A DNA stretch of 63,058 bases, filler included, from Aduncisulcus paluster (taxonomy: Eukaryota): NCBI GenBank assembly GCA_024181965.1. It is 11 parts of 11 records of this genome, joined end to end, with 100 filler letters (N's around TTAATTAATTAA, not from the genome) between each part and the next. Parts side by side here need not be neighbours in the genome. Positions count along the whole stretch, not along the records: positions 33,014 to 40,694 come from BQXS01011406.1; positions 40,795 to 45,226 come from BQXS01011407.1; 9 more parts are not named here. One strand, 5' to 3'. The notes beneath the pieces are model-generated. The model did not search any database, was not told the origin of the DNA, and saw only the letters and a list, made by a program, of their open reading frames with translations. A program made the translations under genes and the position numbers. Below are positions 33,014 to 45,326 of the stretch, in pieces (within the stretch, counting starts at the first letter, position 1; the number at the start of each line of letters is the position of its first letter).

Positions 33014-34981
33014 CAAAGCAAGAAGAAGAAGAAGAAGAAGAAGAAGAGGAACACGTTGAGCCTAAAGAGGAACACGTTGAGCCTAAAGAGGAACACGTTG
33101 AGCCTAAAGAGGAAATAGACCAGAGTGAGATTGATGATGGCAGATCTGAGGAGACGCAGGGTACTTGTATTGCTGTCCCAAACCAGAAAGAAGAGGAAGA
33201 GGAAGAGAAGGAAGAAGAGAAACTTAAAGAAAAAGAAGAAGAGGAAGAAGAGGTTGAAGAGTATGAGTATGAATATCAAGAGGAATCCTATGAAGAGGAA
33301 GAAGAGGAAATAGAAGAGGAAGAAGGTGTGACAAAGCAAGAAGAAGAAGAAGAAGAAGAAGAAGAGGAACACGTTGAGCCTAAAGAGGAACACGTTGAGC
33401 CTAAAGAGGAACACGTTGAGCCTAAAGAGGAAATAGACCAGAGTGAGATTGATGATGGCAGATCTGAGGAGACGCAGGGTACTTGTATTGCTGTCCCAAA
33501 CCAGAAAGAAGAGGAAGAAGAATCGGAATCGAAAGAAGAAAAGGTTGTTCAAAATCAAGAAAAAGAAGAAGAAGAACTAGAAGAAGAGAAAGAAGGTGAT
33601 AAAGTTCAAGAAGAAAGTGAGAAAATTCAAACGCAAGAAGAAGGAGAAGAAGGAGATAAAGAAGAGACAAAAGAATTGAACGGAAATGAAGGAGATATCC
33701 TTGAATCTAAACAGAACATCGAAGCAGAAGAAGAAGAGGAAGAAGGTGTGACAAAGCAAGAAGAAGAAGAAGAAGAAGAAGAAGAGGAACACGTTGAGCC
33801 TAAAGAGGAACACGTTGAGCCTAAAGAGGAACACGTTGAGCCTAAAGAGGAAATAGACCAGAGTGAGATTGATGATGGCAGATCTGAGGAGACGCAGGGT
33901 ACTTGTATTGCTGTCCCAAACCAGAAAGAAGAGGAAGAAGAATCGGAATCGAAAGAAGAAAAGGTTGTTCAAAATCAAGAAAAAGAAGAAGAAGAACTAG
34001 AAGAAGAGAAAGAAGGTGATAAAGTTCAAGAAGAAAGTGAGAAAATTCAAACGCAAGAAGAAGGAGAAGAAGGAGATAAAGAAGAGACAAAAGAATTGAA
34101 CGGAAATGAAGGAGATATCCTTGAATCTAAACAGAACATCGAAGCAGAAGAAGAAGAGGAAGAAGAAATTCAAGAGCTTCAACAAGAGGAAGAAGAGGAG
34201 GAAGAAGAAGAAGAGGAGGGAAGAAGAAGAGGAGGAAGAAGAAGAAGAGGAGGAAGAAGAGGAATCTATTCCGGCTGCCTTTGGAGGTCTTAAGATAAGT
34301 GAAAAACCTATGATCAAGAAACGTGAATCCGTGGAACCCATTCAAAATCCTAAACCCTTTTCTTTGATCTTTGTTCCCTTTACTCGAGTCATGTCCTCTG
34401 CATCTTCTTCTGATTCCTGTTCTTCTCTCTGTATTTCATCTGTGTGTGCTCGCATTAGACGTGTATTGAAACAGCTGTCTTCCGGAATTGGCAGAGTCAC
34501 TTGGGGTGAACGTGCAACCGTATCCCATATCACTGATGCACATTCTTCCTCATCTTCTTCCATCGATGCGTCTAAATTTAGATGTGAGGGTGGCACTGAT
34601 GAAACATTTGCCTTCCTTGCAACCTTTGTGGAACGTTGTCCCATTATTGTTGTTGGAAGTGATGATGATATCGTGAAACTCTGTGGATTTATTGATGCAA
34701 ATGTGGATGGATGTGTTGTAGAGACTGTCATCCGTGTGGCTAGTTTCAATCATCTCCTCTCAGTGCCTTTCAAGAAACAACGTTTTGTCACTGATATTGG
34801 AACAACACAGAACACTTACGGTGTGTGTATTGTAGTACGTGGAAAAGGGAACACGATTCTCTCGCTTCAGGATGAGCTTGTCGATGGCGTACATGATTGC
34901 ACTGTCTCTTATGTGTCTGGAGAGGATGTAGATTCTGTTTTAAGCTCATTGCAATCAGTTCTATTGCAACAGAAGCTGTGA
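33014..34981 (+). CDS. Glu-rich repeat protein with a globular C-terminal domain; 5'-partial, +1 discontinuity at ~34219
   Basis: The poly-Glu frame is open from 33016; at GAGGAGGGAAGAAG the poly-Glu continues in the +1 frame (ORF 34106..34981). Confidence 0.75.
33326..34165 (+). repeat. 420-bp tandem repeat (2 copies plus a partial third upstream) with internal 21-bp EEHVEPK repeats
   Basis: Sequence at 33321 recurs at 33741; gaggaacacgttgagcctaaa occurs three times per unit. Confidence 0.9.
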
Positions 34982-35182
34982 TACGGATTGCATATTGTTT
35001 GATTTCATTCAAATAATCATTAGTGCTCGATCAAGAGCAACTCTAGCAACTCTTTTAGAAATTTGAATTCAACCATTTTTAGTTGAATTTTCTTTTGGAT
35101 TATTTATTTAATTATATCAATTTATGAATTTATCAATAAAATTCTGATCACTTGTAGTCACTATTAGAATAATCGGTTACAT

Positions 35183-35371
35183 ACCGGTAATGCCGGTTGA
35201 TGCCGGTGGCCATCGCCAAAAGCCATTTTTTTCCCAAAATTACCACTTAAATGGTTAAGTTACAAACCCTGTGGGAATAATATGTAGAGATTGATTATTT
35301 ATTTTAACGATATCAACAAATATGGCATAATCAAGATGTGATGGTAACCGGCATTCCCCGGCTGTACCGGT
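35183..35371. mobile_element. Candidate MITE / non-autonomous DNA transposon with 32-bp imperfect inverted repeats
   Basis: accggtaatgccggttgatgccggtggccatc (35183-35214) versus the reverse complement of 35340-35371, accggtacagccggggaatgccggttaccatc: 25 of 32 match. AT-rich interior; no clear TSD. Confidence 0.5.
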
Positions 35372-35465
35372 CACAGCCTCCGGATTAAATTTGCTAACCA
35401 CCACTATTGTGGTCAATATTCTAACTGATACATATAATTTTTATTAATTAATTCAAGTCAAAAAC

Positions 35466-37575
35466 TTAACTATGAATTTTTAGATAGAGATTTTTAAGCA
35501 ATCTAGCTTCATCAGCGATGGTTCTCTTAACTTTCTGCCCACCAAAGGTATCTTTCATAAAATCGGCTTCTTCAGTGATAATATCAACATACATGTTAGC
35601 GCCGGCAACGGCTACACTGTCGAGGAACTTAAGAACCTCATGTAATTCAGTGTCAGGAAGGTATGTGATTCGTTTGGCGCATTGTTCAGCAACAGACAGT
35701 AAAGGACGCTTTGCGTGGAACCATGTATCTGGACTAAGCCTACGATCGACAGGATCCAACGCACGGACGACACGAATGATACCAAACTGAGCATTATTTC
35801 CTTTCACACAGTATAGGGTACCAATTACAAGGTTGACGATACAAAGATGGATGGGAGCACTGACACTTCTTCTTCTTCTCATCCTCGTCGGCACTCTCTC
35901 CTCTTCTCCTCTCTTTCTCCTCACGGGCAATTTCATCATCTACTCCTTCATCTTCATCCTCTTCCTCATCTTCATCAGCACCCATGATAGCGCCTTCCTC
36001 CTCGTCAAGTCTGCACATGATTTCCTGGGCTATCTTGTTGTGGCCAAGCATGACATACGAAACACACAGGTTGGCAATGGCAGCAGCTGGGAACTCGAGT
36101 AAAGGATGTCCATCACGACGATGTTCATGCATGGCCTCCTCATATTCCTCGGCAGCATGAACATAATCACGCTTTGCAAACAGAACATGACCGAGGGCCA
36201 GACGAACCTCTTGCTTGTCGGAAGAGTGATCTCCAGCCTTCATAAGCACAGCAGCAGCTCCATCATAATCACCCTTGCTGTATAAGATAGAAGCCATTCC
36301 GAGAAGAGAGGGGAGGAAAACACTGCTCATTTGGTTATAGCGAGTAATGGCCTCGTGGAAGGCAGCCTCATTCTCCTTCTGAATGCGGCCTGCTTCAGAC
36401 ACACCGGTACCACCGGCCACACCACCATCCCTGACAACTTTTAGCCGGTGGGCTCGAGTAGCAAGCACACGAAGTTCGGCCGAGGAGCTAGTGATAAGCT
36501 TTTCGAACTTCTCATAAGCTTCTTCTGGTGCACTGGGCATCAATATTATGGCTGAAAGCAAGTTACGTGTTGTATCTTGCAAACACTCGGCTGAAAGTTG
36601 AGGATTATCGGCAATGAGATCACTGGCGAGGTCATAAAGACCATGCTGACAATATGTGAGGGCAAGATTACCAAAGGTCTCGGGTGGGAATGGAGGCGTC
36701 TGAAGTAAGAAAGCGAGCTTCTTAGCAGTGCCTCCTGGGTCCTCAGATGACTCGGCCAATGCGTGATTATGGAGAGTGACGGCATCCAATTCTTCCTCTT
36801 TTCGAGGGGGCATTTCTTCCAATGAAACTCGAGCCTCTTTGTACCTCTGAAGTTGCCATTCAACGGCAAAACGAAGGTTAAAGGCTTCTACAAGAGCGGA
36901 TTTGGACAACTTGTCAGTGTTGCCCACAGAAAAGACACTATTGGCACGTTCTCCAATATCAAGGGCCAGATCAGGATATAACATGAGTCCTTTATCAATA
37001 ACTTTTCCAACTTGACGAAGACAATCGGTATATCTTTGCAATTTATATTGGCACAAGGCAATTGCATACAATCCTTGTGGAGTGTCATCAATTTCAATTG
37101 CTTTCTCAAACATCTCCAGAGCTTTTTCAAAAGACGCTTTTTTATATTCAATAACACCGGATAACATCCAAGAAAAATGACTTGTTGGTTCATATCTGAC
37201 CAAATGTTGATGTGTGGCCTTTAATGAAATATCTTCCTCCATTTCATGCTTAATGCAGGAGTGCAATTTTAAAATCTTTGTATGAGCTTCCTCGGAGGCT
37301 TTAAAATTTGTCGCCTTCATTGCTTCTGAATATAATCCAGCTTTGTAATAAGAATTGGCTAAATTGAGCCGATAATCTTCATGCTTTGGATATAAAGATA
37401 CCAATTTTTCATAAATTTTAACACTTTCATCATATTTCTCTAATTTATAGGAACAATATCCAAGAATTGAAAGAACAGGACGTGAATTTGGAGTGAATGT
37501 CAATTGTTGTTCACAAATATCAATTACTGAGGTGTAATTCTTATCCTTGAGTAAAGAATATATTTCGGTATTCAT
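35466..37575 (-). CDS. IFT70: Intraflagellar transport protein IFT70/TTC30 (TPR), with a +1 discontinuity at ~35865
   Basis: LVEAFNLRFAVE, MPPRKEEELDAVTLHNHAL, PPFPPETFGNL, ANLCVSYVM; the conserved C-terminus HLCIVNLVIGTLYC.KGN..FGI.RV...L.PDTWFHAKR lies in the +1 frame (35466..35939). Likely ATG at 37575. Confidence 0.92.
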
Positions 37576-38094
37576 ACCGAATATTGTAAGGGGCAAGAAC
37601 GTCAAAAAAAAATTGGGGCAACTAAACACCAAATAAAATACAAATTACATATATCACAAAGCACTACAAAATGTTAAGTTGAAATGCATTATTTTATTTT
37701 TTGAATTTGTACTCTAATTTGGACAGGAACGCAGCATTGCAATTTCAATGCAAACTTTGCAAGAAATAAGATTCGGCGACGCAGAATTGGCAAAAGTATC
37801 TTTAAATTAGATGTATATCAAACTATATTGATTTTAAAGGAGTTAAAATTGAGTTAATCTTGAAAATTAAAGTGTGCAAGAGAGAAACTCACGTTTAGGG
37901 GGGACCTCAAAAAATATGAAATAAATGGCAATATATCTATTTATTACATTGTTAATAGTTACAATTTTTATGATTCTTGATCCTAGATTTTTATGTTTGT
38001 GATGTGAAAATTGAGGCCCCAACATTGGTGATTGATAGGTACTCTTTTTGTTGCCAATGCCAACCATTGAGTTGTATTTGAGATATTTTTAGAA

Positions 38095-40694
38095 ATGTCA
38101 GATTCAACGAACAAAATTTTTAATCTTATTGGTTCATTTTTACAACCAATCCAGAAAAGTGATATGTATAGTAGTGATAAATTACGATGTCGTGAGCTCG
38201 AGGGATATTTGGGGACGGGAGATTGTATATATATTCAAAAGCAAAGAAGAAAAGATTTTTTTAAGCATATTATTGGGGGTCCAGATACATTATTAATCAA
38301 TATATTTTTATGTTTACGTTGTACACTTTTTCTTCGTGAAACCAAAAGGTGTAATGAAATTATTACTGAGAAAAAGCAAGATCCTGACAGAAAAAATGCA
38401 TTTACATTGTATAATTGGTATGAATACGTCGGTAAATTTAAAGATGAAGTTAATCATAAGATTATGCCAAAACTCATGGAATACGATGAATCCCCTGATA
38501 TAACACCCAGAAAAGAAAGAATTATTGAAGATATGAGTTGGGTATTTCCCCCTGTTAAGAATTCTTCTCCTGATTATCAATTTATTATAGAAAAAGGTAA
38601 ATTTCAATCTGAAATCATACCGAAAGATTTAGAAATTTTACAATCATATTTGCCAAAGAAGGTACATAAATACATTGATGATGAGTTACAATATACTGCT
38701 GATTGTGCGGAAGATCTCGAACTTCTCTCCCGTTCTGTTCAGACTCGCGGAATTGATGGTGAATATTCCCCAGTTGATATTCTTTTAGTTCGTGCAAATC
38801 GTGCTAGCAATATTATCTCATCTATTGCGACCCACTATCCAGAAGAACTGGCCGCCTTCCTTGATAGAAACCCCATTTGCGTTCACGTCATGTCACAGGC
38901 GTGTTTCCTCCCAACTGTACAAGATCTCATATTATATCTCCTTTCTGGTACAATTGTCGACAATCCCACTATTTCACTCAAGTTGTTTATGAAGAAGCCT
39001 TCTAGACAACTTCTTGATGCCCAGCGTGCCGCTTTTTGTGAAGTTTTATGTAAACATGGTCTTGTCACACACTGCGTTTCTCGATATTTTCATTGTACCA
39101 AGTTCATGAGACTTCCTTCTTTAGTTGCCACTCTGAGTTCTATTTTCACATATCTCTGCAAAGCTGGGTTTCTTCATTGTTTTTATATTCAACAGACACT
39201 TCAAGGCTGGATAGCTTGTTGTGGTCACCGTAATAACAATATTATTAAATATGTAAAGGATAGGTCGTTAGAAGAAACGGAAAAGCTTGATTTTTCTATT
39301 ATTGGTTCTGATCTCACTGTTGAGCTTTCTGGTTTACCAGATGATCAAGAGGTCAGTGGAGGCGACAAAGAAGAAACCGAAATCCCTGATGAAGAGTTCT
39401 CTGAGGAAAGTGCTGAAGCTATAGTGGGTGCAGATGGGATAGTAGACTTCGAAACGAAAGATATGGATTCCGAGACTTGTGATCATCCTTCTTCCGAGAC
39501 TTGTGTTGATCCTTCTTCTATGGAAATGATAGTGTTTCCTTTCATTCCTTTCCTGCAGGATTCTCTTCATATTGCTCGAGTCATATATACTGTTGTCTGT
39601 GAGTGTTCTATCTGTTTGCACCACAAATTCCCGCAATTGGCAGAGTTAGATCATCAGATGAACACCTCTTGCGATGACCATCAAGCATCTCTTTGTAAAG
39701 TACCATTATTTGGGGATATTCCCGAAGAATACTCGCACTTTTATCTTTCTCTGATCTCAATTCGATCAACTTTCATGCAAGCCGTTTTGTTTCTCGTAAA
39801 ATGTTGTAATCCTTACTCAAAAAGAAGAAGAAGAGGACCATAAATCAGAAGATCTAAAATTAGATCAGTGTCCATCTGATATTGTGGAATCTGAAACAGA
39901 GCAAACAAAGAAACAAAAAGAAAAAAAGATTGTACGAATATTGGAGAAATTCAATACAAAGCAAATGTCAGAAATTGAACTTGAGATTTGGCAAGAATTC
40001 ATTGAGTATGTCCGTGGGAAAGATGAAGACATGAATGATAAGAGTTTGAAGAAAGCAGAAATTTTTTTAAAACAATATGCATCGGAGATGGACCAAAAGC
40101 GGGATACTGTATTCACTCGAGTGCATGTCACTGACAAGGATATTTCTCAAATGAGGGATACTCCTGAGTCTTCGAAATCTCAGGGGATTTTTGGAACTAT
40201 CATTCTCGAAGAAGAAGAGGTTTATGCTTCGCCATCTTCATCAACAAGGTCGTCACCGATTCTCGTGCCAGATGAGGATGAGAGGAGGGTCTGTAATGAC
40301 TTAGAAAATAATCGAACTGAGACTGGGCATTTACTGTTTGCAACGCAGGACAAAACATATTCCTCATACATAACTGCCATCGTTCACCATCGACATTTTC
40401 CTTCCATGAATCCTAAGATCATGTCTGAAGAACTAACATTACCACCTTTGAGACGAGTCATACTGTTCAAAATGCTCGATTTTATCCATCATTATCATGA
40501 AAACAAAGGTGATTCGGATGATTCTTCTTCTTGTGACATTTTGGTGACGGAGCCCAAACTGGAGAACTGGATGGCCTCTTTTTTGAAATCGACGAAAGAA
40601 ATTTCAGCATTTTCCAACGTTAAGAAAACTGAACAGGAACATTATTTTTATTTGCAGACAGATAGCTCATCGTGTGTTGCTGAGGAGACGCAGG
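38095..40694 (+). CDS. Hypothetical protein, probably one gene with a +1 discontinuity at ~39820; 3'-partial
   Basis: The 582-aa ORF ends ...AAAAGAAGAAGAAGAGGACCATAA; the +1 frame reads EEEEDHKSEDLKLDQCPSDIVESETE... into ORF 39884..40750 with no AT-rich spacer. Confidence 0.7.
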
Positions 40695-40794
40695 NNNNNN
40701 NNNNNNNNNNNNNNNNNNNNNNNNNNNNNNNNNNNNNNTTAATTAATTAANNNNNNNNNNNNNNNNNNNNNNNNNNNNNNNNNNNNNNNNNNNN

Positions 40795-41670
40795 GCACAG
40801 AAAATCTTTTTCATATACACGAGGTTCATCACGGGTAGCCATGGGAAGGAAAGAAAGATCGATATTGTGACCAACAGACTTCTTGATATCTTGTTCAAGC
40901 TGCTTTCGACGCCATCTGAGGACATTATCCGTATTATATGGGTCTATACCACCCACACGAAGCGCCAGAGCACTCCCATCACACGAAGGGTGATAGTACA
41001 TCCCACAGTTACAGCATTTCAGCATGAGTTTCTTATCCCTTCTTCCACACACGAAGCAGCGTTCCCAAGCACATGTTTCACAATACCATTCATCTCCAGG
41101 ACCTTCACATATGCAAGGAGGTAGAGAAGACGGGATGCAGTGTTTATGGTAGGTCCTTGGACAACCATCACAACAGATTAGCTCTCCACCTTCCCCACAC
41201 ACAAAACAAACGTCATCATGGATATCTTCTCCTTCAGAGCCAGAGGAATCGTCTTCTGATGACTCGTCGTCTTCGGATGTTGATTTCGATTCAGGTTGTT
41301 CAAGAGTCTCAGTAGAGGGGCGAATAATGGTTGTCATGACACTCAAGGGAATGGAAGATGATTCAGAATGCGATGATGATTCCGAACATTCATTATCTTC
41401 CAGTTCTATGCCTCTATCAACAACAATTTGAATATCACTCTTTCTCCTATTATTGTGGGTCTCCGATTGTATACGCTTTTTCTTTGGTTTCTTTTCATAA
41501 GGGGGGACAAATGAATCAACTTGTAAACGCTCAGCTTCAAGCTCTTTTGAATAGTCGGTATATTTAATTCTCCAAGTGTCTTTCTTTTGGGCTTCAGGGC
41601 CTTTTCCTTGTGGATATACATAATATTGTGATAATTCACAAGGAACAAGCAGACGAAGACTTGTAAGCAT
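40795..41670 (-). CDS. Tandem PHD-finger chromatin protein, 3'-partial
   Basis: HDDVCFVCGEGGELICCDGCPRTYHKHC...WYCETC, then CFVC...CCNC..YYHPSC. Confidence 0.88.
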
Positions 41671-42114
41671 TCTCAAATCCCAAAGAAAACACAATTTTTA
41701 ACCAATCAATTTTTTTCTATTGTAAATGACGTTTTGGAAAGGTGAAAAGGCGTTAACTAGATATACAGATTCAGATCTAATAAAATTATTGCTATTTGTT
41801 TTTTTTTACTTGGCGCCAGAGTGCAGGCTCAAAAATCCGGAATACAACGGGATGAAGATGATTACTGCCCAAAATAAACAAAAAATATGAATTAATATAG
41901 ATAAATATTGAAAGAAACAGCAGAAATTCAACGATAACCTCGGTATTGGGTTGCAAAATGGAGATATCACTTATCTCTTTGATCACAACAGAAATAGGTA
42001 CTTGGATCGGTAGGCTTGATCCATCCTTCCCTATAAGCTCGCAAGACATAAATGATTTTCATCTTAGAATCTTCAAAATTGTGATTGATCTGAAGACTTT
42101 GTTTCTTGTTTACA

Positions 42115-45100
42115 ATGAACATTCACAAACTAAGGAGTACGAATTTTCCTCCTCATATTACAACAAGGGAGGCTGAATTTGGTATTCAAAAACATGAACT
42201 AATCCGTTGTCGTCTTGTCGCCCCAAATGCGACATCTTCAACCTGTTTTGCCGAAGTGATCAAAGATGTTGAAGTCAAAGACTTACCAGAATCATATTCT
42301 TCATTTATTGATGAGAATATGCCAGGAGTTTACCCTCGAATTTTCATCCCCTCTAAAAAGGCTAGAAATAGGGCTTTCCACAATGATATCGTTGCGATTA
42401 AGGTTTTGTCAAGCGTAATTTCGCAAAAAGTTTGTGAAAAAACATTTTCTGCTCAAGATAAAGAAAGAGAATTCCTTCCTGATGATATGTGGGATTTCTA
42501 TGAAGAAACTGGCGAAAAAGAAGAAAAGGTTGAAGATGAGCCTAAAATAGCTCCTACTTCCAAACCTGTCCCAGAGATCAAGAAATATCCTGTTTTCCCT
42601 GTTGGAGCTGTTGTTTCTATTCTTGAAGATCACAAACCCATTTCTGTCATTGGTCATTTCGCTCTGACTGACATTAGAGGGAAACAATACGAAAGAATGG
42701 TTTTATTCACACCTAATGGACCTATGTACCCAAAGATTCTTATTCCCAACCCCCTCCTCACTCCTGATGTGTCTTTCCTACCCATGCTCTGTCAAAAGGG
42801 CAAGACCCGGCTGTGGAAATCGGATGACAGTGCCCATGGAGCTCCCACCAAACATGCTGAACTCTCCATATTCTCCCTCCCTTCCATCCTTCTTGTATGT
42901 GAATATACTGACTTCCCCACTCACACTGCCCACCCATGTGGTCGTATTATTGGATATATTCCCCAATCTGGTACAACAGAAGCCGTGGACGAGAGTATTT
43001 TACAGGAGAATGGATTCACAGATGCAGAATGGGGAGAATCTATTATGGAAGACGAGAAGAACTGGATTGATTTTGTTTGGGATGAAGAGCTTCGTTCAAG
43101 AGGAATAGAAAACGCAGATCGTAATAAGGAGATTCAAGAAAAGTTGCAAGAAAAGGTCGAGAAACAAACTGCCCCTCAGTTGACTTCGTTTGTCCATAAA
43201 ACCACTGAAGATCGATTCCACGACTTAGCTTATAGTTGCAGATATGACTTTAGATCTTCTGGTGACAAGTACCGTGTATTTACAATCGATCCAACCACAG
43301 CTCGTGATTTTGATGATGCTGTACATATCCGTCAGCTTGAACCCTTGACTCGGACAAACAAGGACGGTTCAAGGTCGTCTGTTGCGGTGTATGAGATTGG
43401 TGTACATATTGCCGATGTGACTTATTTCATGCGACCTGGGTCTCTGATCGATAAAAGAGCTTCAGAAAGCACAACGACTGTCTATCTCGTTGAGAAAGCA
43501 ATTCCAATGATTCCCGACTTCCTTTCGAACAATCTTTGCTCCTTAAACCCTCTTGTTCCTCGCTTCACATTCTCCGTTGTGTGGAAAATGACTGAGCTAG
43601 GTGAAGTTATTGGTGAAGTTGAATATAAACGTGGTATTATCGAAAGCATGGCCCGTTTAGACTACGAATCAGCACAAAAGATCATTGATTTCTACAAAAA
43701 AGATCCCTCCAAGTCCAAGGAAAAGAGGATGAAATTTGAGGATTTCAAGACATCTGTGACCGAAGTGAAAGAAGGGCCAGGAATCTGTGATCAACTGGTT
43801 GAGGATGTCCAATCAATGTGGAAATTGGCAAAAAAGATGCGTAATGCAAGGGAACAGAATGGAGCCCTTGCGATGGGAGGAGGGGAATTGCGTTTCTCTA
43901 TCAACCGTGATGATCCTGACAAAGTTGATGGTTACAACCTAAAGATAACCAAAGAAGCTAATTGGTTAGTCGAGGAATTTATGCTTATGGCAAATCAACT
44001 TGTCGCTCGAAGAATAGTATCTTCCTTCCCTTCCCTTGCCTTCATCAGACCTCACCCGTCCCCTCAGAAACCACAGGACCTCAATGAGTGGCTTTCCACT
44101 GTTTGTGGAGCTGGAACTCGTGTGTCGAGCGGCAAAGATTTGGCTGATCGCCTCAAAAAGGCTAGCAAGAAGCAGGATCCATCAAGTCGTCCAAAACCTC
44201 CATTTGAACATGAACACTCAGATTCCTCATATAAACGAGCATTAGAGATGGGTGTGCTGATTTCTTACTTATCCCGAGCTGTGTATCGTGCTGGAGTACA
44301 AGGTGGTGGGCCTCGTCAGTGGATTCATTGGGGTGTGGCTTCCCCGATGTACACTCATTTCACGAGTCCAATTCGTCGATATGCTGATGATATTGTGCAT
44401 CGGATGCTCCAGTTGAGTCTTGATGCAGAAATGTGGAGACGATGGGAGATTGATCATGCCGAGGAGATTGAACAAAGACTTTCAGCAAAGCAAAAGGAAG
44501 TTGAATCCGACAACCCTGAAGACATTGATGAAGATGAACTATTTTCATTGGATGAGTATCCTTTTCTTTTATCTGGATATATTTGTGGATTGTACTCAAA
44601 AGCTAAGCTCATAGAGCTCAAAGCTCTTCGCAATTCTTTGAGAATTATGGCTCGGTCTCCTCTGCTTCCCCATAAACTCTGCTTCCCAGGATTCCCTGGA
44701 GATTCCTCCTCCATTTCTCCTTCTGGGGGTGAAACGACTGAGATTTCATCCAAACCAGCCAAGTTTTACACTCGTTCCCCTCCCGTCGAGCATTTGCCTG
44801 TCCCCGAGCTCTTGAAGGCTGCTTATGAGATGTACCGTGGTCTCATGGAAGAAAAGGAGATGGGAAGTTGGGAGAAGGATAATGGCGAAGAGAAGAGTGT
44901 CGGACAAGCTGTTGAGATGGGAAAGGGACGAGGAAAGAGACAAACTCGTGGTCCAAGAAGTCGCAGTGATGCCCCAGTTTCCATTTTTAAGATTGCTGGT
45001 CTCAGTGCATCTGATGCCATCGTCTCCGTTGAAATGGAAGATGATTCTGCTGAGAAACTTGTGATGCACGGAGAAGATCGAAGAGGAGAGAAAGAGGAAT

Positions 45101-45226
45101 CTGAAACATCTTCCTCCTCCTCTTCTCCACAGGTTTTGACATGCTTAAAGTCAATTGAGAAAGGGTTACGTGGAATTGGAGTTCCCATGCCCAGCTCTTT
45201 GTTTGAATTAGCTCGCCATATCAACC
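42115..45226 (+). CDS. DIS3L2: RNB-domain 3'-5' exoribonuclease, DIS3L2-like (no PIN domain), 3'-partial
   Basis: RNRAFHNDIVAI, FTIDPTTARDFDDAVH, IGVHIADVT, LCSLNP, ANWLVEEFMLMAN, YTHFTSPIRRYAD; the N-terminus begins directly with a CSD-type segment. Confidence 0.88.
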
Positions 45227-45326
45227 NNNNNNNNNNNNNNNNNNNNNNNNNNNNNNNNNNNNNNNNNNNNTTAATTAATTAANNNNNNNNNNNNNNNNNN
45301 NNNNNNNNNNNNNNNNNNNNNNNNNN

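Noticed and set aside
33014..34165. CRISPR-like array
   Set aside because: The repeats are in-frame coding units without unique spacers, in a eukaryotic context.
32962..34345. Phe/Leu-rich minus-strand ORFs as membrane proteins
   Set aside because: They are antisense shadows of GAA-rich coding sequence; the same applies to most short ORFs in the track.
35855..35945. A tiny or purine-rich intron repairing the IFT70 frame
   Set aside because: Among GT donors paired with the tgtcag acceptor, only a 7-nt one restores the frame; longer ones have the wrong phase, and none has GTATGT or AT-rich composition.
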